Shown here: positions 14,156 through 29,620 of the stretch, piece by piece
Position numbering within the stretch: the first letter of the stretch is position 1
Layout: each line of letters starts with the position of its first letter
Source of the DNA: the human T2T-CHM13v2.0 reference genome, Homo sapiens
DNA: 64,000 bases
Assembly: GCF_009914755.1 (NCBI RefSeq)
Contig: NC_060936.1
Strand: one strand, 5' to 3'
Translations under genes and position numbers: made by a program
Notes under the pieces: model-generated
Seen by the model: only the letters and a program-made list of their open reading frames with translations
What the model was told of the DNA's origin: nothing
The model's database searches: none

Positions 14156-14510
14156 TAAGGCCTGACTACAGATTACTTGCCTGTTTTATTCCATGGAAAA
14201 AGTCATGCTGGTCCAGGGACATTCTCATTTTCCATCAAGTGATGGCATGCAGCCGTAGAAAGCAACATCCTGTCCCCAGATGAGATAATTTTTTTGTGAT
14301 AATTTTATAATAATTGTATCTATCTGGTAATTTCCTCCCCCCGCCTCTCCAAAAATACTTAGTTGTGGATAGTTTTAAGTGCTATATCCTGTCATCCTAG
14401 ACTAATACATCTTAACGTTTTTAGGGAAATTCCTTTTTAGGGAATTCCTTGGAATCAGTACGACCTGCCTCCAGAAAAATGTTATGTCTGTTTCTGGAGG
14501 CCCATAGACA

Positions 14511-14791
14511 TTTTTTTTTTTTTTGCCTTTTTCTCCATTGCCCAGGCTGCAGTATAGTGGCACCATCATAGTTCACTGCAGCCTCAAACTCCTGGGCTTT
14601 ACACAATCCTGGCCTCAGCCTCTCAAGTAGCTGGGACTACAGCACACACCACTATACCCGGCTAATTTTTTTGTACAGAGAGGGTCTCTCTATGTCGCCC
14701 AAGCTGGTCTTGAACTCCTGGGCTCAAGCAGTCCTTCAGCCTCGGACTCCCAAAGCACTGGGATCATAAATGTGAGCCACCACGCCCAGCC
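14511..14791 (-). mobile_element. Alu (AluJ-like)
   Basis: Diverged Alu consensus. Confidence 0.9.
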
Positions 14792-15552
14792 TGAGCTCAC
14801 GCTATAAATGCCCCATATTGGTTTTTCTCCCTCAGTTTCCAGACAACCCCTGCTCTGTCCTGAGTCCCATATTTCTGCCATAAGAAGCAGGTTGCCTCAC
14901 CGTTCCCCGGGGGCTGCAATGGGGGCATCACAGGGGACTTTGTGAAAGGCATTAGAAATGATAAATTCCCTAGTGATCAAGTGCAGCTCAGATGGGACAG
15001 CTGGCCTCCCACCCATCCCTCTGACTCTCAGCTTAATCATTGCCTAAGGAGTGGTTTTCACTCGGTTAATTTAATGAGTGCTCTGTATTTCTAGTACACA
15101 CGAAAAATGCAACTGTATGATCTTCCAGCCAGGTTGGGCCTCTTGGCTTAGCTTTTCCCAGAGCTTGGTGCTTCATCTTTGTTCAGGAAGAAAGGAGGTC
15201 TGTCTCTCTTCTCCTTCCCTCCAAATGCAGACGGAAAGTCTCGTCCTCTGAGGACTTGCAGAAAGGAGGAATGTCTCAGGAGGGATCATTTGGGGAGCTG
15301 CACTCCCAAGGAGTTGAGAAGCAGCCTGGTTGAGTAACTGGGAAAGGCAAAGCAGCCTGACTTGGAGAGGGGCCCGGATTAATGTGATTCCAGAGGAGGT
15401 CCCGGTAGAGAGAAGTTTGGGGACTACTGACTTGGAGAAAAATCAGAAACCCGGGTCTTAAGAGCCCTTCCTCTTCAATCCTTAAGCCAGGCATTGTGCC
15501 TGAGGGAAGAAATAGTGGCTCTTATGAGCTCTGCTAGAAAAGTAACCCTTCA

Positions 15553-15875
<323 letters not shown>

Positions 15876-16152
15876 TTACCCAATGCACATCCAAGTTTCC
15901 AGTGACACCTCTGAGCAGGCTAAGCAGCTGGTGGCTCCTGCCAAGCCCTCTCCTCGGAACTGAGCTTCACAGCTTCAGGTGCCAGTCCCTTGCTGACACT
16001 CCCAGTCTAAGCTGTGTGTTAGTCTCCAAGTTCAGAAACAACACAATACATGGGTCATAGGAGAAGAACCTCGACTGAGGCTAAAAATACCATAAAGTTA
16101 ATCAGGCAGTTTTATTAATTATGAATTTATTAATTCAAAACCTATTCAAGGA

Positions 16153-16456
16153 TTTTAGTTTTTTTTGTTTGTTTGTTTGTTTTTGTTCTTTTTTTTTTGA
16201 GGTGGAGTTTCACTCTTGTTGCCCAGGCTGGAGTGTAATGGTGCGATCGCAGCTCACCGCAACCTCCGCCTCCTGAGTTCAAGCCATTCTCCTGCCTCAG
16301 CCTCCTGAGTAGTTGGGATTACAGGGGTGTGCCACCATGCCCGGCTAATTTTTAGTAGAGACGGGGTTTCTCCATGTTGATCAGGCCGGTCTTGAACTCC
16401 TGACCTCAGGTGATCCACCCGCCTCAGCCTCCCAAAGTGCTGGGATTACAGGTGTG
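16153..16456 (-). mobile_element. Alu
   Basis: Alu consensus, slightly 5'-truncated. Confidence 0.93.
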
Positions 16457-16516
16457 TAGTTTAATGTCTTTTAAACCTAAGTTGATTGAATGTAGTATGA
16501 TAATACAGTGTACTGA

Positions 16517-16869
<353 letters not shown>

Positions 16870-17286
16870 CGTCGTAGCTTTTCAAGTCAATAGAAATCTG
16901 GTGTTTGAATCCACATCATGTCTTCCCTTGTAGGTGGGCAGTTGCAGTGTGTAGTGTGCATGCACACCCCAGATTTATGCCCAACTCCACTGGATGTTTT
17001 CTGGGTGGGGAGTCATCCATACCTCCCTCAGCGGCCCCGTTCCTAGAGACGGGAGGCCCTTCCCACTAAGACATATTCCTCCTGCTCTCCATGGTGCAAT
17101 GTAAACATCTTCTTTCTCACAATGTGGGACTGTGGATTTAAATTTATTATTGCTAAGCTCAGATGTTTTAAAGCTTCCTGTCTACAAGCCTGAGAAAATC
17201 TCTTCATACTCTCCTTTCCTCCTCTCTAGTCAAATTGTAGCCCTGGCTCCCTAAGACACAACCCTTTAGAGACCCAGACTGCAAAT

Positions 17287-17594
<308 letters not shown>

Positions 17595-18445
17595 GGGACT
17601 GCTCATTTCAAATAGAAATTAGATTATCTTCTAGGATGAGGAGGGACACTTTGGCCTTCTTTGTCATGGGAGGCTGGCACTCTCCTCTAGGACCCTGGGG
17701 TGTGTCTTGAGAGCTCGTGCCCAGGGCTATAACACAGAGAGGCCTGTGCTGATGTCATCTTGTTCTGCCCTTTGCTGGCAGGGTGGTTCTGGGGAAGGGC
17801 AGAGGCTCCGGGTCCCACTCTGGGGCTGTTTTCACGGGGGATGGAAGGACCATGGCCACTGAACGGGCTGCGGTCCCGTCTATGGACACAATGCCAATGG
17901 GCAGCTGCAACAGTGCAGCCAAGGGGAAAGGAGGATGTGCGAGTTGCCCTGGAGAGTCCCTTCCCAGAGCGCCGCCTCTGTCCACCCTGACTATATGACC
18001 AGTGGAACCAAGGGTGTGGCTGAAGCTCTCAGGACAAAGGCCAGGGAGAGGAAGCACCGGCTGTTTTTTTTAGACTCTCTTCGAGCACCCACTACCCCCA
18101 CTGCCCCCAAGCGAGGCCAGGTGTAGGTGGCATCTCCAGCCCAGGTGGCCATGCAGCTGCCCTGCTGTCAGGGAGGAGGCGCGTCTGCAAGCTGCCTTCC
18201 TTCCGGTGCAGATGGGCTCCCTTGTGGCCTTTAAAGATCGAAAACACCACTTTGAAATGGGATTAGATATGAATGGGGGGGAAACAGGCAAAAGGGAAAA
18301 AATTCTGGCTTCAGAATAGAAGAAATGGATCAAAAACACAAACAGCTTAACAAAATAATTGAGAATTGGGGCTCTGCAGTCAGACCATTCTGGGTTCAAG
18401 TTCTAACTCTGCCACTTACTTGCCCTGTGATCTCAGTTGAGCAAC

Positions 18446-18745
18446 TTTTTTTTTTTTTTTTTTTTGAGAAGGAGTCTCGCTCTGTTGCCAGGCTGGAGTG
18501 CAGTGGCGTGGTCTTGGGTCACTGCAACCTCTGCCTCCTGGGTTCAAGCGATTGAACAGCCTCAGCCTCCCAAGTAGCTGGGATTACAGGCACGCACCAC
18601 CATGCCTGGCTATTTTTTTATATTTTTAGTAGAGATGGGGTTTCACCATGTTGGCCAGGCTGGTCTTGAACTCCTGACCTTGTGATCCTCCCGCCTTGGC
18701 CTCCCAAAGTGCTGGGATTACAGGCTTGAGCCACCGTGCCCGGCC
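18446..18745 (-). mobile_element. Alu inside a MIR
   Basis: Alu consensus; TSD gagcaactt. Confidence 0.93.
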
Positions 18746-21700
18746 CGAGCAACTTAACTTTTGTGCCCCAGTTTTTTCATCTAAAAAATAGAAGACAATA
18801 TTACCTCTTTGGTGGGCCTATTCTGAAAACTAAATAGTTCTGGAGAAGTGCTTAGGGTGGGGTTGTGGAACATAGATAGCAAATATTTGAGTACTTGCTG
18901 CTAGTAATTAGGTGACCTAATATGAAGAAGGAGCTCCTGGCAGAGGGGTAGGGCAGGTTGATAGGTTAGACAAGAGTTTGGGGATCTTGGCCTCCCTTGC
19001 TGGCTTGGGGTTTGCAAGATCCCATGTTGGAGCAGGAGGGCCGTTCCACCAAGCGGTGCCGGAAGTGCTTTTAGCCGACCCTGCCACTCCAGGCACCACC
19101 TGGCATTGCTTGAAAACTGTCAAGGAAGGAGCATCTCCCACCACTCAGGGCCACGCACGCACGTGGCGGCCAACTCTGCAGATGGAATGAGAGCAAGCTG
19201 CTGCAAGTGGCTAGAGTGTGTCAGCAAGAGTGTGTGCAGTCATCGCCAGACAGCTCGGCGAGGCATACACAACGGAAAACAAATGTGTGGTATTCTGGAA
19301 TTTAAAGCAAAACATCCAAAACAATCCCCCACATCAGATGATTTTGGTTAAGATCAGAATGCCTGCTTTCAGTGGAAAAGGGATTTATGGGCTGGCCAGT
19401 GTATGCTACGCGTCTGGCAAGCAGGCAGTGGAAACTTGAAATGGGATTTCTTGTTTAGAAAGAGGTTACCTTGGGCTGGGGCCTCCCTCCCAATCAGCCC
19501 CAACATCCTAACGCCAGTACACTTCACTGAAGCTTTTCTCCTCTCCAGGGCAGAGGAAGGGCTCCAGGTTTTTAAATGATGCTGACTTTGTCCTTGAAAG
19601 GAGGGAAGATTTCTCAACTCGAACTTGTTCAGACCAGGTAGCTGCCTAATTTCCAGAAAGATATGCTGAGAAAAAGCTTACGGAGTTCCTCATCCTCTGC
19701 CACACCCTGGAGAGGGGACCAAGCTGTCTCCCTTCTATCAGGGAGGAGACAGGTCAGCAAGTAACCGATCTCTGCATGGCATGTGCTGTGCACCGTCAGA
19801 GGAAGAGTGCTGACAGCTGGGTCACTCATGCCTGCTCTGTGACCACGGGCAAGTCGCTTTACCTCTCGGAGCCTGTTTCTTCATCTCTCACAGGGATGAT
19901 TCTAACTAGCTCTCAGGCTCTAAGGCAGCCCACTAAGAATCAGAAGGGGCAGCAGGGCCTTGTAGTGTAATTCTAGTCTCCTCCCTGGGAAACCTCTCAT
20001 GCATTGCATTACTGTTGCTCCCACAGGGAATGTTCTCTTGTAAAGTAATGGCCTGCACCAGCCTGAGGCCAGGCTCGAACATTTACACACAACGAGCCAG
20101 GCATAGCAAGGTGGTGGCACCCCCAGGCTGTAGCTGTCTAGGGCCACCTTCACCCTTCCACCCAGGAGCCCCCCAGCTGCACTAGCACCCCTGGAAAGGG
20201 AGGCCACAGAGTCAGTAGGCAGGCTAAGCATGTGCTTAGGGCACCAACAATGCAGGCAGCTCAAGGAATCCAGGGAAATAGGCACTTTTTTTGAGCTTTA
20301 TCTTACAAGTTCAACTTTTTTTATGTTGAATTGTATGGGTTGTGGGGTAGGTACCATAATCATCTCAGTGTCTAGAGCACTAAATGGCCACAGAAGGCAG
20401 AAGTTGGCCTCCCCAGGGACCCAGCTTGTCATGGAATGTTGGGTTTAAGTGTATGTGTGGACCCCTCTCCCCAGCCTGCCCTTATGGTATAAAAGAGTGA
20501 CATATAATAGCAGGGGCCATTTATGACCCAGGGACATTGCTGGGGTTGGGGGGAGTGGGCCAGGAGCGGGCAAGGAGTTGTCTTGATAGAAACGCTGATT
20601 CCCGTGGGGAGACAGCAAATTAGTCACTCTCCTTAAGCCTTACTTTCCTTATCTGTGTAATGAAGGTAATAACACAACCAGCGTCTTACGATTGTTACTG
20701 GGACTAAGGGGATATTTAATGTAAAGCTATTATATGGGCCTGGCTCACAGGCAGAGCTTCTGTGTTAGCTTCTGCTGCTGTTGCTGTAGTTGCTGCTACT
20801 GGTACCTCTCCTTAACATTTTTCACAGATTGAGGTTGTCTAAGTGTTCACATTCATCCATATCTTCTCACTTCAGTTCATGAAACCACATCACACAAGAT
20901 CAGTCAATGCTGAAATTTACCTCCAGTCTTTCTCCCTCTCGAACACGAATTGGAGGACGTATCTTTCCACCTGTCTATAAAACACTCATTTCTGAGACTT
21001 CCCCAGTTTGGGGAAGACGGATAAAGAAGGGAATCAGTTTTGCACTTTGCTGGAAGCGCCTGTAAGAATGCCCCATTGGCAGAGACTCGCTTTGTGGAGC
21101 TCAACTTGGAAATTAATTTACAATGGAAATTGAAGGAAAATCTACTTCATGTCCACACCAAGAAGGGTGGCCTCAATGCCTCTCCTTCAGTTCACTCCTT
21201 GTGCCTTCCAAAAGGAAGTTGATTCTTCGTATGTAGAATTTTCTGGACACCTAGAACACCTACACCCAGAAACCAGGTCCCAGAGAGATGCAGAGCCACG
21301 GTCACCATTGCTTGTGTAGACACCAGGGGTAGGAAGTGGAAGGAAGGTAGCGCCTGAGGGTGCAGCTTCCCAGGGACCACCACCTCTCCCAGCCTCAATG
21401 GCGGGAGAGAACAAACCCAAGGGAGAAGCTACGGGCCAGCATCTTCCCTCCCTCCCTCTTGGCCCCCACCAGGGCTAGGGTCAACACCCCAAATTGAAAG
21501 CATCTGTTGTCAAGCTGCAGCAGGCAGGGAAACCCTGTCACCAGGTTAAGGCTTAAGTCAGAGCATTTTGCCAAATTCAACACGTCCAAGCCTCCCACTT
21601 GTCCCCCAAGAAAATTTCTCAGGGATTCACATCTTTCCCAGTCACCCCCTGGCCAGTGAGGAAGCACCGTGCATCGAGAAGAGCATAGCTTTGAGTCGTC

Positions 21701-21950
21701 TATGTGGAGCTGGTTCCATCTGAGCTCTGCCTCTTCCTGGCTGTGTCTTTTTGAGTCAGTTGCTTAAAATCTCTGAGCCTGATTCATCCATAAAATGAGG
21801 GTGATGAGAGGATTCAGTGAGAGACTGTACATAAACCACCTCCTGTAATGTGTCGGGGGCGTGGGTCCTTGTACATAGTAACTTCTACTGTTAAATTGCT
21901 ACTGTGGTGTTATTTTCCCTAAGCTAGACAACCTGCAACTTGACCATTAG

Positions 21951-21954
<4 letters not shown>

Positions 21955-21983
<29 letters not shown>

Positions 21984-22236
21984 GAGATGGGGTCTCTGTC
22001 ACCCAGGCTGGAGTGCAGTGGCGCAGTGTCAACTCACTGCAGCCTTGACCTCCTGGATTTAAGCCATCCTCCTTCCTCAGCCCCCCAAGTAGCTGGAACT
22101 ACAGGCGTGTGCCACCATTCCCAGCTAAGTTTTTGTATTTTTTAGTAGAGACTGGGTTTTACCATATTGCCCAGGCTGGTCTCCAACTCCTGAGCTCAAG
22201 CATTCCGCCCCCCTCTCAGCCTCCCAAAGTGCTAGG
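21955..22236 (-). mobile_element. Alu (AluJ-like)
   Basis: Alu consensus, long poly-T. Confidence 0.92.
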
Positions 22237-22976
22237 TCAGGTCAGAGGCCTGACCATCAGCCTCTGAGTGTATTCTTTTAAAAAATTGTTTTTCTAGAGT
22301 TCGGGGAGGTTTGAGGAGAAGTCCAGTCTCATGCATAACAGCGAGCTGGCCTAGGGAGCACAGCCGGCTGCAGAATTCAGGGGGGAGGTTCTTACCAGGA
22401 GTGCCCTGCTGCAGGTTGTGGGAGCCTCTCACGGGCCCACTGAGTCACCAGGGCCTGTTACCAGAGGAGAGTTCACGCAGGCAGGGCCTGGGTGGTGGAT
22501 GTGCATTTGGGAGCCAAACGCAGGTTCCAACTTGAGCCCTTTACCATGACTTCCTGGCTCAGTGGGTTCAGCACAGAGTTGTCCAGCCGTTCTCTCTCCT
22601 TTCTTACCTCTTCCTGCCTTCCCACCTCTCTGCATCCTCACCCTTAATGGTCACAATGCCGCATTTCCAGGGTGACCCCAGGTTCCCTCCCCGTGGCTCA
22701 CAGTGCTGGTCAAAACATTTGAGCCCCCAAATGCCCCACTCTCCAGATCGGAGTGTAAAGTAGTAGGTGCCAGTCCTGCTCCCTCGTGGGGCTGGGCAGT
22801 GAGCTCTCCCTAACACACACAAAGCACCTCCAGCTCAGAGGAAGCTCACACCTCCCATCCATGCCTTCAGGCTTTTCGGCACTGGCATTTAGAAAGCTAT
22901 TCTCTGGATTCAGAACCCCCAGAGAGAGCTTTTCTCTGTCCTTCCTGATTATTGGTGTGTAAATGAAGGCCTAGAG

Positions 22977-23151
22977 TAGTGGTTCTTAAACTTGAGCGTG
23001 ATGAGAGTCACCTGGGGAGGTGTTGGAAAACAGAGTGCCGGCCCAGTCCCACTCCAGTTTCACTGAGTGAGTCTAGGAGGGAACTGCGAATTTGCATGTC
23101 CAGGTTCCTGGGTCATCCTGCTGCTGGTCTGGGGTCATTTCGAGAGCTGCT
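22977..23151. mobile_element. MER5A-like hAT-Charlie DNA transposon
   Basis: agtggttcttaaacttgagcgtg...gaatttgcatg...gctgctggtctgggg. Confidence 0.65.
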
Positions 23152-24855
23152 GGACTGGCATAGAGAAGAGTTTCCTGGGTTGCCTTTGAAGATAAGAATT
23201 TCTGAAGGTTTGAGCACTGCCTTCAGACAGTGGCTCGGTAGAAGTCCCAAGAGCAGAAGTTGTCTGGAGAGGAGAGATGGCCCCCAGGATGCGCCTGACC
23301 AACCAGTCATACCTACAAAAGGGAGTTCTGGTTCTCTAGGGCTGTGATCTCTGGGGCTTTTCAACTTGGCTGTAGTAAAACTAAAGTTAGTAATATGCCC
23401 TGTTGTCATCTAGAAATTCCGCCATGAGCTATTACAGTAGTTTAGTTGGGACGCTTAAGGAGAGCAAGTCGTGGCAATTTCTTCTGCTGATTACAGCGGA
23501 GTTTTGGTTTTCTTGTTCCCGGTGTTTACTGTGTGGTGGAGCTGGATAAGGGAGCACCCCAAAGCCTCTAGTCCTGCCCAAGTGGCTTTGCCCTTCCAAA
23601 GACAACAGCCCCAGCCTTCATTTGGAGGTGGGAGAGGAGGACACAGAGAGGGTTGGAGGAGGCTGTGGGCATCGGGATCCTGTTTGTTCTTGCTGGCACT
23701 GCCTGGCCCGGCTTCCTGAGGAGTGAATCAGCCCATCCAAGGCTTGGCATGCAGTAGTGAGCCAAGGGTTGCCATGGAGATGGGCGAGGCCCAGAGCCCA
23801 CAGGTCTGGGTGGCCTGACTTGTTTTTAAATGTTGAAGTCTGTGCGAAGAGGGAGGGCCTATCTCCACTTCTGTGGCTTTCTTAAAGCGTGACTGGTATT
23901 TTGGGGCCTGGAAAACTGCTGGTGTGGGAAACTTGCATCCCCAGTATTTGGTGTGTTGCTTACTTCCTGGGTGCTATGGACAACTATGACTAATGCTCTC
24001 CCAAGTTTAGTAGATGACAAAAACAAAAACGAGGGCTGACAAGCATCTTATTGAAGGAGGGTGATAAAGAGGCCAAGGTTTCCTCTCCTGCCCAACCCAG
24101 GAAAATCCCCTCTCTCTCTGTTATCTGCTGCTGTAATAACTCCTTTCAGCAGGGTTAATTTGCCCACGGAAGCAGTTTGTGATCCAAGGAAGGACAGAAG
24201 CCTAAAATCTGAGCCAACAGTCTCCCTTTAGCCTTCCTTCCCCACTTTCCTTTGGCCATTCCCATCCAGTCTTAGTGGAGCTCTGGATGGCAGTTTGCAG
24301 GTGTGAAGCAGATAAGTTTATCCATTTTCCTCCACTACCCAGCGCTCACACAGACTCCCACAGAAACCAGGAAACAGAACCCCAGTGTCCTAAATTCCCC
24401 CGCTGCCACCCAGCCGCCTTCTCCGATCACAGGAGGACACAACAGCCGTCCACAGAGGGCCCATGAATTGACCCAGTGTCACCTCACGTCTTTCTCAGGG
24501 TTTATTATTATTGTCATTTTTTTTCCCTATGGAATCCGGCTGGCTGTAACACTTCACAGTTTTCAGAATGTTTTACATGCATCACTTTATTTAATCCTCT
24601 CCTTCAACCTACGTTGAAGGCAGGACAGGTATCATACTGTTTTTTTTCCACAAACGAGGACTGTAACGTTCAGAGAAGCTGAGGAAAGTGTGTAGTGTCA
24701 GAGAGCTCCTAGGTAGCAGTGCCAGAATTAGAGCCCAAGTTTATATCCATCACAGTCCAGTCATTCTCAACAGAGGCGTGCAATAGAATCCCTGGGAGCA
24801 CAAAGAGTCCCCTGGGATTGCTGAGGCAGGTGCATGTTTAGAAATCCCCCAGGTA

Positions 24856-25201
<346 letters not shown>

Positions 25202-25550
25202 CTAGGTGGCACAGCTGTGCAGGCAGCAGCTCACTATTCTTTCTATTAAGCCACCTGTCCCTTGTTGAAAATTGTGTATCATTTTGACCATGGGCTCAGC
25301 AGAGTAACCAAGTAGCCATTGCTTTTCCAGGAGGACAATGGGAAGTTGGGAAGAAAGTTCTCCCTCCTTCCTGGACTCCATCCACTCACCACTGCCCACC
25401 TCCAACCCCTCCCAAAGTGGTAGATATGGCCACCTCAAGGCCAAGGCATCCTCAGCGAGAAATCACTGTGAGCAATGATCTGCTCTCCACTTTCTGGGCT
25501 TTCCAAGGCAGCTGAATAGAGGAAGCATAACAAATATTTTGTCCTTTTTA

Positions 25551-25855
<305 letters not shown>

Positions 25856-26589
25856 GTGTATGGCCAGTCAGTACATATTACAGAAGATGGGACCTGGAGG
25901 AAAAGGGGGCCCACGCCAAGAGCACCCAGTTTGTTTGACCACAAAGGATTTTTCTTTGCAGTAGGATTTGTCCCATAGGCAAACTTGGCTTCTCCCACCC
26001 GGGGAGTGGCATGCAGTATGCCCTCCCCCACACTGAAACCACGTTCAACCCACTGCTCTTTTCCTCTTCCTCTGGGTTACCTCCTCTTTTTCAGCACACC
26101 TACTTCAAGAATTTCCATCAGGAGGCCAGGCTGTACATACGAACCTCCCCAGGTTCTAACTGGAACTGGTTTTGCACACTTGGCATAGAGTCCCCAGAGC
26201 AGCCAGGTGCCCCTAAGCTCCGTTACACTTTGATGTTTTTTGTTTAATCCTCCTTTGAAATTGGAAATGTTTCCTGTAACTCCAGGTGTGTGTTTCAGTG
26301 TAAGATTTCTGAACCTGTCCCTGCAGCAAGATTTTGCAGTGTGAGTCACTGAAATTCTCATCTTTGCGTGGGAGCCTTGGGTGAATTGTGCTCTCAGTGG
26401 TGAGTGGGTGTGGCAAGGGATGACCAGGACACCATTCACTGTGGGCCTGAGTTTGGGGCACTCTTGGGTTCTCATGTCTCCTGAGGCTCACATAAGCCCC
26501 AGGTGACCAGCTTACCTGTGTTCGTCAAACATAAGAGTGTTTGACTGGACTTCTTTGAGGGATGGGGGTGCTGGCAGAGTTGCAGATAA

Positions 26590-26979
<390 letters not shown>

Positions 26980-27087
26980 TCACATTGGGACATGCTTCAC
27001 CAACAGAAAGGGAAATTGTTGTCATTCCCCAAATATTCCCCAACCAACCTTAATGGGGCTTCCTTAGTATTTACTCTGGGCAAATAA

Positions 27088-27400
<313 letters not shown>

Positions 27401-27539
27401 TCTTTGTGGTTTCTGACTCTTGTGAGACATTTGAAGATGGATCTGGATAAAAGGCCTGATGGGAAAGGAAGCTGGTCCAAATGAAGAGGACACAGGAGAG
27501 GAGATCTGGGTGGATTTCAAATACTTTTTCACTGAAGTA

Positions 27540-28260
27540 GTCATTCATTTATGGAGTAATTACTTACTAATGACCATCCGTCCAAAGCATGGATGGGGCA
27601 AAGGAGATAAAAGAATGACTCAGAGGTCCCCTGGACCTCAAGGAGCTTGTGCTCTGCTGAGATGGGAGGCAAACCCCAGATAGAGGAAGGGCAGAGAGTG
27701 TGGAGCATGGATGCTGGAGAGGACAGGATGGATGCGACACTGGCCTGCTCACGTGCTTGGCTTGCTCAGGGGTTGCATTTGCCATTTGCATGGGAGGAAT
27801 GGGAGGAAATGGGTGGGGAAGCAGCAGGCTTGGCTTAGGCGATCACGACAGCATTCTAAGAGGGACTTGTACTAGCAGAGGCACAATGCACGAGGCTGAA
27901 CTCGGGAAACTTGGAGAGATTGCATCTAAGGAGCAGACAAGGAGGAGGCAGGGTTCAGTGGTGTCAGCTGCTGTGGGATCCCAAGACATAAGGATTCAGC
28001 AAAAGTCTTAAGACTCACCACCCCTTTCGGGTTGGGAGAGATGCAGTGACGAGCCAGTGAGGACTTGGAGGTGGTTAAGACGCCAGCTCAGGGGTGAAAG
28101 GAAAGCAGAGAGCACCCTGAAGGAGCTGCGAGGTTGAAGAAAAAAAGGGTTCTATTTCTGGTTTTCTTCTGTTTGGATTTTTAGGTTAGGGAGACCTGTC
28201 TGTGTCTTCGCAAAGGTCAAAAAAGTGGCAGAGGCAGACCTGCATAGTCAGGAAAGAGGT
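27540..28260 (-). mobile_element. L2 remnant
   Basis: Begins tcattcattt...ttacttactaatgacc, then degenerate purine-rich L2-like sequence. Confidence 0.45.
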
Positions 28261-28321
28261 TAATTAGTGGAGCAGGTTCTTGAAGGAGACAGGAAGCTTT
28301 GAAAGAGAGAGACCCCTGCTT

Positions 28322-28735
28322 CTTTATTATTGTTTTATACACTTTGTTTTAGAATAATTTTAGATCTACAGAAAAGTTGCAGAGATAGTGTAGAGAATTC
28401 CCTCATCCTCCTCCCCAGTTTCCCCTATTGTACCATCTCATATTACTGTGTTTCATTTGTCACAACTAGGAAACCACCGTTGGTACATTCTGTTAACTGA
28501 GCTCTGGACTTAGTCGGATTTCACTAGTTTTTCATGTAACGTCCTATTTCTGTTCCAGGGTCCTATCCAGGACACCACAGGACAGTTGTCATGCCCCCTC
28601 AGTCTTCTCTGGGCTGTGACAGTTTCTGTCTTTCCTTGTTTTCCATGACCTTGACAGTTTGGAGAGAAGTGCTAGGCAAGTATTTTGTAGACTGTGCTCA
28701 GTTGAGGTTTGGCTCATGTTTTTCTCAGGGCCTAG
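28322..28735 (-). mobile_element. Old L1 (L1MC-like) 3' end
   Basis: aataattttagatctacagaaaagttgca...catgaccttgacagttt...tattttgtaga. Confidence 0.7.
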
Positions 28736-29309
28736 CACCAGTGAAGAAACGAAGAAATTTCCAGTAAAACAATGGGAAAAAATGACCCTTTTCCTCTCGG
28801 CCCTCTCAAAGGGATGGAACCATTTTTTGGCCAGATAGCAAAGGAGCTTTTCCCAGCAAAACCAGAATGTTTCCATTTGGCTTTTCTTGGAAACAAAAGA
28901 GGAAACCATGGGCAGGGCCGCGAGCTGGGAGTAGAAGCTATGGGCTCTCTCCTGCATCCCCGCATCCCCGCCCGACCAGCTGGGCATACTACAGGTTGCC
29001 ATCCTCTCTCCAGAGCCCTGGGAACAGGGCACTGTCTCATTCAGCATCCGCATCAAACCTGCTCTGCTCCTGGGATGATAGGCTGGGGTGGGGCAGCCAT
29101 CGAAGAAATTACATGGTCAGCATGCCGCCATATGTCTGTTAATTAACCTGGGTGGAAGCCATCGACCCCTTGGCCTCCCGGACTCCTATATTCTCATTTA
29201 TGGAGTCCCTGAATAATTGACTTGGCACCCTCTTTTAAGGGTTAAAGCTCTCTTTTTTTCTTGCTCCTGGCCCCTCCCATTTAGTTTCTCCTATTATTAA
29301 AGTAGCTGA

Positions 29310-29620
29310 AGCTGGGCGCAGTGGCTCACACCTGTAATCCAAGTGCTTTGGGAGGCTGAGGCAGGAGGATTGCTTGAGGCCAGGAATTTAAGACCAGCCT
29401 GAGCAACATAGCGAGACCCCTGGCTCTACAAAAAAAAAAAAAAAAAAAAGGGTTTAAAATATTAGCCAGGATTAGCGGCATGCACCTGTAATCCCAGCTA
29501 CTCAGGAGGCTGAGGTGGAAGAATGGCTTGAGCCCAGGAGTCCAAGGCTACAGTGAGCTATGATTGCACCACTGCACTCCAGCCTGGGTGACGAGAGCAA
29601 GACCCTGTCTCAAAAAATAA
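29310..29620 (+). mobile_element. Alu (AluJ-like) with expanded central A tract
   Basis: Alu consensus. Confidence 0.92.
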
